This document shows, one piece after another, positions 8,738 through 18,083 of a stretch of DNA of 64,000 nt. The number at the start of each line of letters is the position of its first letter. The stretch's first letter is position 1. This stretch comes from a virus. Location: positions 1-64,000 of the IMG/VR virus record IMGVR_UViG_3300037337_000170. The stretch is one strand, 5' to 3'. A program made the position numbers and the translations under genes. Under the pieces are notes generated by a model. It saw nothing but the letters and a program-made list of their open reading frames with translations, was not told the DNA's origin and searched no databases.

Positions 8738-9304
8738 ATGGCAAAATCAAAAAAAATCGAACTAGAAGAATTAGAGCCGACAGAGAAATTTGGTCCGGCT
8801 CTTTTGTTTTCAGATATTACAGCAGATTCTGCCCTAGAAGTAGTCCAATGGATTGTGGCAATGAATATGCTAGATAATCCACCTAAAGATTTATCTTTAA
8901 TGATTAACTCCGAAGGCGGTGACTTAGCAGCAGGCATGGCAATTATTGAGGCCGTCATTGCATCTAAAATTCCCATTAAGACATATGGTGTTGGTCAAAT
9001 CCAAAGTGCTGGACTATTAATTTTTATGGCCGGAGCCAAAGGTCATCGAACCATCACCCCCACGTGCATGGCAATGACTCATCATTTTAATACAGGCTCA
9101 GAAGGATCATACTCAGAATTAAAAAATCTGCAAAAGGAATACGATAGGTTAGATTTAATGATTCTTGATCATTATATTCAACACACTGGACTAGATGAAG
9201 ATACCATTCGTAGTTTCTTAGTAACTGACCATGATGTATATCTATCTCCAGAACAGGTAGTAGAATTCAACTTAGCCGACCGAATTGGTAGGCTGGAGTT
9301 CTAA
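8738..9304 (+). CDS. clpP: ClpP-like protease subunit
   Basis: INSEGG, GQIQSAGLLIFMAG (Ser), MTHH (His), DVYLSPEQ. Confidence 0.85.
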   Translation: MAKSKKIELEELEPTEKFGPALLFSDITADSALEVVQWIVAMNMLDNPPKDLSLMINSEGGDLAAGMAIIEAVIASKIPIKTYGVGQIQSAGLLIFMAGAKGHRTITPTCMAMTHHFNTGSEGSYSELKNLQKEYDRLDLMILDHYIQHTGLDEDTIRSFLVTDHDVYLSPEQVVEFNLADRIGRLEF

Positions 9305-9876
9305 TGGCAAAGATTATCTTTATTCATGGCTTGAATTCGAGCCATCTATCCTTTAACTATATGATTCAGAATTATAGTGAAAATGGATCGACGGTTAACT
9401 ATAGCTCTAGACAGCCTCTACGTCTTTCTATTGAGGAAGTTCTTAAACAGATTCCGAAAAAGGAACCGGTTATTCTTGTGGGCCATTCTCTTGGTGGGGT
9501 CATTGCAATGAATATTGCCCATCTTAGACTTCGTAATATCGAAAAAGTAGTTACAATCTCCTCCCCACTCGGGGGATCGAAGTGCGCAATTTATGCTCAG
9601 TGGGCTCTACGTTCTTTAGAGGTCTTGCGGGATCTGGTCCCTTCCTCAGTCTATATCAAGCCGCTCTCTAACCTGCCTGCTCCGTGCCCAGTTTTGTCGA
9701 TCTATAGCACGTCAGGATCGCTGCCTACTGCGTTTGAGCCAAACGACAGTGTGGTAACCGTGGCTAGCCAGAGAGCGATGCTACACGCGCGCCAAGTAGA
9801 GGTGAAAGCAAACCACTTTGAGGTTCTCATGCACCCAGACACGATCAAGTTGCTAAAAGACTTCGTGGCAGAATAA
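9304..9876 (+). CDS. alpha/beta hydrolase (lipase/esterase-like)
   Basis: FIHGL, GHSLGG, NDSVV, NHFEVL. Confidence 0.85.
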   Translation: MAKIIFIHGLNSSHLSFNYMIQNYSENGSTVNYSSRQPLRLSIEEVLKQIPKKEPVILVGHSLGGVIAMNIAHLRLRNIEKVVTISSPLGGSKCAIYAQWALRSLEVLRDLVPSSVYIKPLSNLPAPCPVLSIYSTSGSLPTAFEPNDSVVTVASQRAMLHARQVEVKANHFEVLMHPDTIKLLKDFVAE

Positions 9877-9877
9877 C

Positions 9878-9906
9878 TTTACTTTTATTCTATACTGTGT
9901 TATAAT
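9878..9906 (+). promoter_or_regulatory. early promoter cassette
   Basis: TTTACT-N17-TATAAT. Confidence 0.85.
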
Positions 9907-9931
9907 AAATTCTTAATAACGAAAGCTAAAC

Positions 9932-10144
9932 ATGACATCTGAATTTAAAATCCCGGGCCTTCAAATTCCATATGAAGTTGCTGATTTAATTACTCTTGAA
10001 ACTCTCAAAGCTAGTCGTGCACTTCTTAAAAAAGATATGAAGGGCCATGAGAAGGAAGCTTCCTATATGCACCCCGAGGATTATGCTAACAACAAAAAAT
10101 ATATAAAGGCAATTAATCTTCTCATTAAATATTATGGTGAATAA
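9932..10144 (+). CDS. hypothetical protein
   Basis: 70-aa ORF behind promoter. Confidence 0.6.
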   Translation: MTSEFKIPGLQIPYEVADLITLETLKASRALLKKDMKGHEKEASYMHPEDYANNKKYIKAINLLIKYYGE

Positions 10145-10284
10145 TGATTTATGTAATTATCTATCAGGCCCTAGTTCTAGGTGGCACTGGATATGCTGTG
10201 TTCGGATTAGGGCACAGTGGTTGGTGGTTTTTACTAGCCTATTTTCTTAGTACCGAAATGCCTAAACCACAAGGCTGGAAATAA
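10144..10284 (+). CDS. small membrane protein (46 aa)
   Basis: TAATG-coupled on both sides; hydrophobic with SGWWFLLA. Confidence 0.55.
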   Translation: MIYVIIYQALVLGGTGYAVFGLGHSGWWFLLAYFLSTEMPKPQGWK

Positions 10285-10796
10285 TGAACTTCTATATTCC
10301 GGGATTGGGTTCTGGTGCTGAATCATCAACATTAAAAAAATATCAAAAACATATTGATATTTCTATACTGAAATATAATGCACTTGATCCCATTGAATCA
10401 CTTACCACAATGGCAGATTATCTTATGGATAAATGCCCAAGTAGTAATCACATTAATATCTTTGCTTCAAGTCTCGGTGGGTGGTATGCTGAAAAGCTAG
10501 CAGGTTTAATTCCCTGTTCCTTATTTCTTTATAACCCAAGTACCGACCCTGCTAACTCGTTACTAAAATATGGTATCGACCCAACTATTACAGCCGAATA
10601 TGACAAACTCGAAGAACTAGCTCCGACTAATCGAACTGTTTGTGTTTGTACCGATGATACCACGGTGCACCCTGAGTTAGCCCTAAACCTTTATAAAGAC
10701 TATAATCTTATTATCAGTTCTGGCGGCCATCGTATGACTGATACCAATATAAATAAACTTATTACAGCATACCATTACGAGCAGACACAACTATGA
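10284..10796 (+). CDS. YqiA/YcfP-like esterase
   Basis: YIPGLGS, ASSLGGWYA, LYNP, GGHRM. Confidence 0.75.
   Translation: MNFYIPGLGSGAESSTLKKYQKHIDISILKYNALDPIESLTTMADYLMDKCPSSNHINIFASSLGGWYAEKLAGLIPCSLFLYNPSTDPANSLLKYGIDPTITAEYDKLEELAPTNRTVCVCTDDTTVHPELALNLYKDYNLIISSGGHRMTDTNINKLITAYHYEQTQL
10748..10755 (+). promoter_or_regulatory. T4-type late promoter
   Basis: TATAAATA 37 nt upstream of ORF 10793. Confidence 0.6.
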
Positions 10797-11386
10797 GCTT
10801 CAGAGACTTTCTTTCAGAATCTTATTATAACTATCTGCCTAATAACAAGGATAAGAAAGAAAAGGATGCTGTGGTCATTCATAAAATGATTCATGATGCA
10901 TATGTATCTCAGGGCGGTAACAAAAGTCCCGAATTAGCTACACCAGAGTCGATGGTTAATGAAATTCCATTCTGGAAAGTAAGTAAGAATGGCGGAACCA
11001 TTACGGCAGTCGCATTATATATTGATGGTGGTAAAGGCCGTAAACGAATTGCAATTGCATCGGACGGTTCTGAGCATGGCAAAAAAGCATTAGGTAAGAT
11101 CGTAAGCGATGACCTAAAACAGGAACGTGCTCATGCCGAGGTTAGTGGTAAATCCCTTTCCTTTTTGAAGAAACAGATTGATTTAAAGAATTATGTGCAC
11201 AGTTTCGAAGATGCTAAAGCATATCATGCTAGTAAGGACAAAACTGTAACCAAACCAGAAGATACTGACCCTGAGGTAGTTCGACACCCCGAACTGAAAA
11301 ACAATTTCTACGTTCGGATGATCGCCGGGCATGCTCATACCAAACTCATGCTGGGTACGCTGGGCACAAAAATAGTCGACATGTAA
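10793..11386 (+). CDS. putative internal head protein
   Basis: N-terminus MSFRDFLSE resembles the T4 capsid-targeting sequence; late promoter upstream. Confidence 0.6.
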   Translation: MSFRDFLSESYYNYLPNNKDKKEKDAVVIHKMIHDAYVSQGGNKSPELATPESMVNEIPFWKVSKNGGTITAVALYIDGGKGRKRIAIASDGSEHGKKALGKIVSDDLKQERAHAEVSGKSLSFLKKQIDLKNYVHSFEDAKAYHASKDKTVTKPEDTDPEVVRHPELKNNFYVRMIAGHAHTKLMLGTLGTKIVDM

Positions 11387-11389
11387 AAT

Positions 11390-11418
11390 TTTACTTTTAT
11401 TCCAGGTTGTGGTATAAT
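11390..11418 (+). promoter_or_regulatory. early promoter cassette
   Basis: TTTACT-N17-TATAAT. Confidence 0.85.
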
Positions 11419-11455
11419 AAACACATACCATCCAACACCCACTAGGAAAAATAAA

Positions 11456-11611
11456 ATGTTTTTAGTCTTCAAATGCCGGCATGATCTTTTCTTGGAGCCA
11501 AAGCAACTGATCGCAGAATTTGAAACAGAAGAAGAAGCTCGACAGTTCGCAAGCGACATGGAACAAGCCAGTCTGGATATTTTCACCTGGTTCGATTTCA
11601 TCGAAGAGTAA
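11456..11611 (+). CDS. 51-aa acidic early protein (paralog family, copy 1)
   Basis: MFLVFKCRHDLFLEPKQLIAEFETEEEARQFASDMEQASLDIFTWFDFIEE with own promoter, SD and terminator. Confidence 0.75.
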   Translation: MFLVFKCRHDLFLEPKQLIAEFETEEEARQFASDMEQASLDIFTWFDFIEE

Positions 11612-11636
11612 AAAAGGAGACCTAGGTCTCCTTTTA
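11611..11636. terminator. bidirectional intrinsic terminator
   Basis: AAAAGGAGAC-CTAG-GTCTCCTTTT palindrome. Confidence 0.8.
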
Positions 11637-11696
11637 AGTTACAGCTAATCAAACCAAGTTACATTACGAACAACCAGCAACTGGGGTACATAGTCT

Positions 11697-11730
11697 ATTA
11701 TATCCAGAAAAACTTTTCCCCGAAATAAAC
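11697..11730 (-). promoter_or_regulatory. class-2 promoter (GTTTATT-N21-TATAAT)
   Basis: Same architecture as 11742 and 33937. Confidence 0.5.
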
Positions 11731-11741
11731 TTCACTTTTTT

Positions 11742-11775
11742 GTTTATTATAGTCACACGACAATAATGGTATAAT
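11742..11775 (+). promoter_or_regulatory. class-2 promoter for deaminase-primase-nrd operon
   Basis: GTTTATT-N21-TATAAT-AGAC with extended -10 TGG. Confidence 0.6.
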
Positions 11776-11791
11776 AGACCATGGCCCACAA

Positions 11792-12178
11792 ATGATCCTC
11801 TCTGCTTTTGATAACAAGATCTTGAAACAACTCATGCTTATGTGTGAGGATATCCCCAGAGTAGGCTCTGGTCGATTAGCTGCTTGTATTGTCTTGAAAA
11901 AGGGCATTGTCGCGTTTGGTATAAACTCTACCAAAACTAGTACCCTAATGCACTTCTTCAATAAACATCCTGAGGCAGTTCAAATTCATGCCGAGATTGC
12001 TGCCATCCATAATGCTAGGAAACGCCTATCGGATAAGGACCTGAGTAAGTCAACCCTCTACATTGCACGAACTAAGATCGTTGATGGAATTACAGTTTCT
12101 GGCCTTGCTGCTCCATGCTGTGGTTGTGCAAGAGCTATCAAACACTTTGGAATTAAACACGTGGTATACACTGAATAA
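11792..12178 (+). CDS. cytidine/dCMP deaminase-fold protein
   Basis: HAE...PCCGC zinc-binding deaminase motif. Confidence 0.8.
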   Translation: MILSAFDNKILKQLMLMCEDIPRVGSGRLAACIVLKKGIVAFGINSTKTSTLMHFFNKHPEAVQIHAEIAAIHNARKRLSDKDLSKSTLYIARTKIVDGITVSGLAAPCCGCARAIKHFGIKHVVYTE

Positions 12179-13200
12179 TGTCATCTCTAATTATTGATAA
12201 AAAATATGTTGGATTTATTTCCTCTAGGCTAAAAAATGTAACTTATAAAGGCGCTGGTAATGTTCTTGCCAGCTTTACTCATAGTTGCGAGCGATCTGAC
12301 TCCAGAAAAAAGCGCGGCCACTTTCTACTCTATCCAGATGGCGTTTTTATGCGCTGCTTCAATTGCAGTGAATCCCTGCCATTATCCAAGTTTATTCAAG
12401 ATATTGACCCATCATTATATCGAGGGTATTGTCTTGAAAATTTTAAGGAAGGTATCTGGGAATCAAAGAATGACTTTAAGCAACCTAACCCCGAACCTAT
12501 CAAAAAAGAGGAAACTACTCAGACTAAAAATCATTTTACAGATCTAATCTCATACGCATCCTTACCTCCCGGCAATCCGGCTCTTAAATATATTTCTAAT
12601 AGGCAGATACCAGAAGCTAGATATAAAGAACTATACCTGGTCCCAAAATTCTATAAATGGGCTTCTAGAATTGATCCTATTTTTGAAAAGTTCAAGACTG
12701 ATGTTCCGCGACTGATCATTCCCTGCTATGATTCGTCCAAAAAGTTATTAGGTTTCACATGTAGGGCATTCGGTAAGGAGCTGCCTAAATATATTCATCT
12801 TAGAATCGACAAGGAACAAGAGTTCATATATGGTCAGAATCATGTCGATATAAATAAGACCCTACTGGTTGTTGAGGGTCAACTTGATAGTTTATTTCTT
12901 GATAATTGTCTGGCAATTGGAAGAGCAGATTACAAATCAAGGTTCCTTGAAACTCACAAACATAATGTAATCATCATACCTGATAATGACTTCCGCAGAA
13001 ATCTTCACGTGTGTAACCAACTGAAAAAAGCTATTTCAAACGGTTTCACAATATGTATTCTTCCCGATTCGTGGAAAAAAGATATTAATGATATAGTGCG
13101 AAGCGGTATTACAGCGCGTGAAATTGAGCAATATGTATTTAAAAACAAAAAGAGTGGGGCAGCAGCTCTGCTAGAACTTGCACTGGAAAAAAGATGCTAA
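12178..13200 (+). CDS. gp61: DNA primase (T4 gp61-like)
   Basis: CFNC Zn domain, PRLIIP, CRAFG, TOPRIM VVEGQLDSLFL, PDND, KDIND. Confidence 0.9.
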   Translation: MSSLIIDKKYVGFISSRLKNVTYKGAGNVLASFTHSCERSDSRKKRGHFLLYPDGVFMRCFNCSESLPLSKFIQDIDPSLYRGYCLENFKEGIWESKNDFKQPNPEPIKKEETTQTKNHFTDLISYASLPPGNPALKYISNRQIPEARYKELYLVPKFYKWASRIDPIFEKFKTDVPRLIIPCYDSSKKLLGFTCRAFGKELPKYIHLRIDKEQEFIYGQNHVDINKTLLVVEGQLDSLFLDNCLAIGRADYKSRFLETHKHNVIIIPDNDFRRNLHVCNQLKKAISNGFTICILPDSWKKDINDIVRSGITAREIEQYVFKNKKSGAAALLELALEKRC

Positions 13201-13553
13201 TGGAAAGATATAAGGAAAATAATTGGATTAAAATAGGTAGTCTTGGGGATCGTCGAACAATAGACATTAACGCAGATACATATATGGACTGGATTAACAA
13301 TGATCTATTCTTTGTTAATCTCTATAGAATCGCCAAAGATCTTGGTCCTATAATTCCATTTGTTATATTAGGTGATCCAGATAATCAGGATACTGTAATG
13401 GATAAATTACTATCCATGCAGAACAAACTCATTGTCGGAGATGTTGTGGTAGAATTCATTAAATCATATCACATAAAGCCTATCGAATCCCCGATTGCGG
13501 AATACCTAACTGATGAGCCTGAACAAGTATTACCCAAAAGAAAGAAAAAATGA
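13194..13553 (+). CDS. hypothetical protein
   Basis: 119-aa ORF overlapping both neighbours. Confidence 0.6.
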   Translation: MLMERYKENNWIKIGSLGDRRTIDINADTYMDWINNDLFFVNLYRIAKDLGPIIPFVILGDPDNQDTVMDKLLSMQNKLIVGDVVVEFIKSYHIKPIESPIAEYLTDEPEQVLPKRKKK

Positions 13554-15805
13554 TTAAAGTTATTATCAAGCGCAACGGTACAAAAGAAGATTTTAATCCG
13601 TCCAAAGTTAACATGTGGGGTGAGTGGGCCTCAAAAACCCTGGGGGGTTATGTAGATTGGTCATCAGTTGTAATTGAGGCAGTCAATATCTGTCCTGTAG
13701 AATGCACCTCTCTTGAGCTACAGAAAAAGCTAATCGAAGCATGTCTAAACAAAAAAACCTGGGAATACAATCGTATGGCCGGGCGCCTATATACCGCCCT
13801 AATCGACCGGGAACTTTACCCCGCCGGTAAGCCAACCATTAAGCAGGTCCATAAGGCCCTATTTGATGCTGACATTATGGCTGAGTTAAACTATAGCAAT
13901 GATGAATACTCTGAAGCTGAAAAGATCATTAACCATAAGCTTGATCTAAAATACCCCCATTACCAACTAAACCAGATTCGTTATAAGTATGCGCTTAGAA
14001 ATAAGATAGCAAAAAAAGAGTATGAGTCAGCACAATTTGTGTACATGCGAATGGCCATGGCTCTAGCAGAAAATGAGGCAGTCGATAAGATGATTCATGT
14101 CAAAAAATGGTATGATCACTTTTCGCAGGGTCGAATTAATGCACCTACACCTAACTATGTCAATCTAGGTACCAAGCTAAATGGCTATGCCTCTTGCTGC
14201 GTATATACAACAAATGATACAGCTGCAAGTCTTGCCGCCGGAGATCACATCGCATATATGATGACCTGTGCAAGTGCAGGTATTGGAACCCACCTAAAAA
14301 CTCGATCTTTAGGTGATGCAGTTCGTAGTGGAGTTATTCAACATCAGGGTAAGTTGCCATATATTCGGGCAATGGTAGGTGCTATTGGCGCCAATTTACA
14401 AAATGGTCGCGGTGGTGCTTCTACAATGTTTTATAGCGCATATGATCCTGAGGTAGAGGTGATTCAAAAGTTGCGCCACCCAATGTCTGTAGCTACAAAG
14501 AAAATTGATGGGTGTCATTACTCGTTTAGTTCCAATCGGACATTTGCAAGAAAGGTTGCTCGTAATGAGGAATATGCACCGTTTTCCTATGCCGGTAATG
14601 CTGAACTGTATGAAGCCCAATATGATAGCGATCAAGCCAACTTCGAAGCATTGTACTCGGTCTATGAAAAAACCGCGCCATTTAAACTAAACGCCAGGGA
14701 AATTGCTATTGGTGTATTGACTCAATCATATGAAACCGGGGTGCAGTATTTGTTTATGACTGACGCGGCAAATAAGCATACTCCATTCAAACAGAAAATT
14801 TATAGTTCCAACTTGTGTGCGGAAATTGCAATTCCTACAGCTGGTTTTGAGTCTGTGGCTGATCTATATAGTGACTATAAAGAGGGTGACGGCGAAATTG
14901 GTTTATGCTCATTGGGTGCGGTGGTGGTGTCTAATATCGAGTCAGATGAGCAATATGCTGACGCAGCATATTATGCACTAAAAATGATTGATGTTTGTAT
15001 TCATAAATCAGATTATGCATTCAAAGCATTAGCTCATACTGCAAAGGCCAGACTGTCCGCTGGTGTTGGTATGATTGGTCTTGCACATTTACTCGCTAAA
15101 GAAAATAAAAAGTATGATGATCAGGATGGCCGAGATTTTATTCATACACTATCTGAAACTCATATGTGGCATTTAATCAATGCCTCATTAAGACTAGGTA
15201 AGGAACTAGGTAATGCGCCATGGATGCATAAAACCAAATGGGTAGATGGCTGGTTACCAACTGATACATATGAAAAGCGTGTAGATGAATTAGTCACTGT
15301 TGAAAATAAGCGTGATTGGGAATTCTTACGTTCTGCCATTGTAGCAAATGGTGGAATTAGAAATTCCGTATTGAACGCGCACATGCCCGCTGAATCGTCA
15401 TCGCTCGGGTCAGGTACCACCAACGGACTCTATCCTATTCGTGAGCTTAACATTATGAAAACCACGGATTCTTCTGTTCCTAACTATTGGTGTGCTCCAG
15501 AAGGCTCAAAATTAAAGCATAAATATCAGTCTGCCTGGGGTATTTCTACCACTGATATGATTAAGGTTTATGCCATCATTCAGAAATGGACCGATCAGGG
15601 TATCTCTGCTGATTTATTTGTCAAAATTTTAGGCGAACAAAAGATTACATCTTCAGAAATGATTAAGGATTATCTTGACATTGTCAAATACGGGCTTAAG
15701 AGCAGATATTATATTAATAGTAAGACCAGTAATGGAGTCAATCTAGACACTGGCGAAAACGCGCTAAGCTCTGAATCAGAGATATGCGAATCGTGTAGTT
15801 TGTAA
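13550..15805 (+). CDS. nrdA: class I ribonucleotide reductase alpha subunit
   Basis: ATP-cone start (VIIKRNG), ASCC, SNLCAEI, MPAESSS, KSRYY, C-terminal CESC. Confidence 0.95.
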   Translation: MIKVIIKRNGTKEDFNPSKVNMWGEWASKTLGGYVDWSSVVIEAVNICPVECTSLELQKKLIEACLNKKTWEYNRMAGRLYTALIDRELYPAGKPTIKQVHKALFDADIMAELNYSNDEYSEAEKIINHKLDLKYPHYQLNQIRYKYALRNKIAKKEYESAQFVYMRMAMALAENEAVDKMIHVKKWYDHFSQGRINAPTPNYVNLGTKLNGYASCCVYTTNDTAASLAAGDHIAYMMTCASAGIGTHLKTRSLGDAVRSGVIQHQGKLPYIRAMVGAIGANLQNGRGGASTMFYSAYDPEVEVIQKLRHPMSVATKKIDGCHYSFSSNRTFARKVARNEEYAPFSYAGNAELYEAQYDSDQANFEALYSVYEKTAPFKLNAREIAIGVLTQSYETGVQYLFMTDAANKHTPFKQKIYSSNLCAEIAIPTAGFESVADLYSDYKEGDGEIGLCSLGAVVVSNIESDEQYADAAYYALKMIDVCIHKSDYAFKALAHTAKARLSAGVGMIGLAHLLAKENKKYDDQDGRDFIHTLSETHMWHLINASLRLGKELGNAPWMHKTKWVDGWLPTDTYEKRVDELVTVENKRDWEFLRSAIVANGGIRNSVLNAHMPAESSSLGSGTTNGLYPIRELNIMKTTDSSVPNYWCAPEGSKLKHKYQSAWGISTTDMIKVYAIIQKWTDQGISADLFVKILGEQKITSSEMIKDYLDIVKYGLKSRYYINSKTSNGVNLDTGENALSSESEICESCSL

Positions 15806-15823
15806 AAATAAATTTAAGGAATT

Positions 15824-16921
15824 ATGGAAGTTTTTAATGAAGATAAGACCATTGAGTCTTACATGGAATCTAAGTCACCATTATTTTTTGGTGCGGCACC
15901 TGGCCTTTTTAATACCGCGCATAAACCATACCCTAAGATTTGGGGACTGTATAAATTAATGAAATCTTTAGATTGGGAAGAGACCGAGTTCGACTTTACC
16001 CAATGCAATATGGATTTTAATAACTGTTCGAAGTCAGTTTATGATATGATGATCCGAACACTGGCCTGGCAATGGGAAGCAGATTCTGTTGCTTCTCGTT
16101 CAATTGCGCCTCTGCTGGCGCCATTTATTACTGATAGTTCACTATGGGCAGCATATCAGAGGGTTAGTGACAATGAGGTTATTCATTCAGCAACATATTC
16201 TGAAATTATCCGAACCTCATTCAATGACCCAGAAAAGGTTTTTGCTGATATTCTAAGTGTTCGTGAATCCATCATTAGAATGAATACAGTCAATAAGGTA
16301 TTTTCTAAGTTATATAAAACCAGTCACCAGTATGCACTAGATCGTAATTATACTGATGATGTGTATGATGACCTATTCATGGCAATTGTCGCACTTCTAT
16401 TATTAGAACGTCTTCAATTCATGGCTAGTTTTAGTATTACATTTGCTATTTGCAGTACAGGTCCATTTCAATCTATCGGTAAGGCAGTTCAAAAAATTGC
16501 CCAGGACGAATTAGAAGTTCATTCAGAATTAGATAAGGAAGTGTTAAGGGTTGAACTAGCGACAGAACGTGGTAAGGCAGCATACAAAAGACTGAAGCCA
16601 AGAATTGAGGAATTAGCCAACGAGGTGGTAGCTTCAGAATTAAAATGGGTTGAGTATCTATTCAGCGAAGGCAGAGAACTGGTTGGTGTAAATGCCAATA
16701 CAGTATCTGCTTGGGTACTTTATAATGCCAAGGAAGTATTTCAGTTTCTTGATGTAAAATCAGAACACAAGTTTCCAAAAACCAATCCTATGCCCTTCAT
16801 GGAAAACTGGATTAATATTGGTAATACACAACCTGCTCCGCAAGAGCAGAATGCAAATGCATACAAGGTAAATGTTCTTGTGCGCGATGATAGTCAGACA
16901 ACCTTTGAAACGGACTTTTAA
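15824..16921 (+). CDS. nrdB: class I ribonucleotide reductase beta subunit
   Basis: ADS, NEVIHSATY, LERLQFMASF, QDELEVH. Confidence 0.95.
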   Translation: MEVFNEDKTIESYMESKSPLFFGAAPGLFNTAHKPYPKIWGLYKLMKSLDWEETEFDFTQCNMDFNNCSKSVYDMMIRTLAWQWEADSVASRSIAPLLAPFITDSSLWAAYQRVSDNEVIHSATYSEIIRTSFNDPEKVFADILSVRESIIRMNTVNKVFSKLYKTSHQYALDRNYTDDVYDDLFMAIVALLLLERLQFMASFSITFAICSTGPFQSIGKAVQKIAQDELEVHSELDKEVLRVELATERGKAAYKRLKPRIEELANEVVASELKWVEYLFSEGRELVGVNANTVSAWVLYNAKEVFQFLDVKSEHKFPKTNPMPFMENWINIGNTQPAPQEQNANAYKVNVLVRDDSQTTFETDF

Positions 16922-17172
16922 TGTACACTGTTATTTCAAAACCAAATTGTGGGTTTTGCGTTAAGGCTAAAAATCTTTTGTTTCTTAAAAATATTGACTA
17001 CAAGGAACTTCACATTGAAGTTGGGCAGGACAAGGATCTTACTCAATCATATATTGCATTAAGTCACGCCAAGTTATTAGCCCCCTCGGCTAGAACTGTC
17101 CCTATTATCCTAAGAGACAATAAATATATAGGTGGTTATACTGAACTTGTTGAACTATTAACAAGCGCCTGA
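16921..17172 (+). CDS. nrdC: glutaredoxin
   Basis: CGFC, TVP, YIGGY. Confidence 0.88.
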   Translation: MYTVISKPNCGFCVKAKNLLFLKNIDYKELHIEVGQDKDLTQSYIALSHAKLLAPSARTVPIILRDNKYIGGYTELVELLTSA

Positions 17173-17174
17173 AC

Positions 17175-17198
17175 AAAGGGATCTTCGGATCCTTTTTT
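17175..17198 (+). terminator. intrinsic terminator
   Basis: GGGATC-TTCG-GATCCT followed by T-run. Confidence 0.85.
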
Positions 17199-17237
17199 AG
17201 TTTGTTAAATAGGTTGACTTAACAAACAAGGCTATAT

Positions 17238-17390
17238 ATGTCACAAAAAATTACTTTCGATTGCTCCAATTGTGAAACCCGAGGAACTATTAGACTCGGA
17301 GACGACTTCGATGATGCTAAAGTTACAGTGTGCCCAGTCTGTGGTGACCCATTAGATCTTGATGATGGGGATGATGATTTAGATGAGTGA
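17238..17390 (+). CDS. small zinc-ribbon protein with acidic tail (50 aa)
   Basis: CSNC...CPVCG...DDGDDDLDE; AAGG SD. Confidence 0.7.
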   Translation: MSQKITFDCSNCETRGTIRLGDDFDDAKVTVCPVCGDPLDLDDGDDDLDE

Positions 17391-17853
17391 GCCCGGTTGG
17401 ATCTATAATGGTGTACCATTCGATGATTCACTGATACCCGAAACTGCACTTGGTTTTATCTATAAAATAAGCCGAATTTCCGACGGTAAAGCCTATATCG
17501 GAAGAAAGTTAATATACTTCAAGAAAACATCGGTTAAGACTCTCTACCGTAAACTGAAAAGGGGTGAAACCGGTAAAGGCCAGAAGTATAAGAAAAAGAC
17601 CACTAGTTTAGTTCATTCGGATTGGCGTGAATATTGGGGCAGTTCTGAACGCCTAATTGCTGATATTGAGCTATTAGGAATAGATAATTTTAAGCGTGAG
17701 ATTTTGTTCTTCTGTAAAAGCAAGGGAGAGTTGTCGTACACGGAAGCTAGGACCCAGATGGACCTGCGGGTGCTTGAGAACCTGGACCAATTCTACAATC
17801 GTCAGATTATGTGCCGGATCAACTGGATTCATGTGGCCAAACTAGGCGTGTAA
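17383..17853 (+). CDS. GIY-YIG-family nuclease
   Basis: GFIYKI...AYIGRK, YWGSS, FKREIL, FYN. Confidence 0.75.
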   Translation: MSEPGWIYNGVPFDDSLIPETALGFIYKISRISDGKAYIGRKLIYFKKTSVKTLYRKLKRGETGKGQKYKKKTTSLVHSDWREYWGSSERLIADIELLGIDNFKREILFFCKSKGELSYTEARTQMDLRVLENLDQFYNRQIMCRINWIHVAKLGV

Positions 17854-17856
17854 AAT

Positions 17857-17885
17857 TTTACTTTTATTCTGTGGTGTGGTATAAT
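17857..17885 (+). promoter_or_regulatory. early promoter cassette
   Basis: TTTACT-N17-TATAAT. Confidence 0.85.
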
Positions 17886-17922
17886 AAACACATACCCCCG
17901 ACAAGACCACCAAGGAAATAAA

Positions 17923-18078
17923 ATGTTTTTAGTCTTCAAATGCCGCAACGATCTTTTCCTAGAGCCAAAGCAGTTGATCGCAGAATTTAGTACCTAAGAA
18001 GAAGCTCGACAGTTCGCTAGCGACATGGAGCAAGCCAGTATGGATATTTTCACTTGGTTTGAGTTCGCCGAAGAGTAA
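17923..18078 (+). pseudogene. near-identical duplicate of 11456-11611 with nonsense codon
   Basis: Same length; codon 25 is TAA (17995-17997) where copy 1 has GAA. Confidence 0.8.
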
Positions 18079-18083
18079 ATTTT

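Noticed and set aside
12849-12856. TATAAATA inside the primase gene
   Set aside because: More than 300 nt from the next start in AT-rich coding sequence; probably chance
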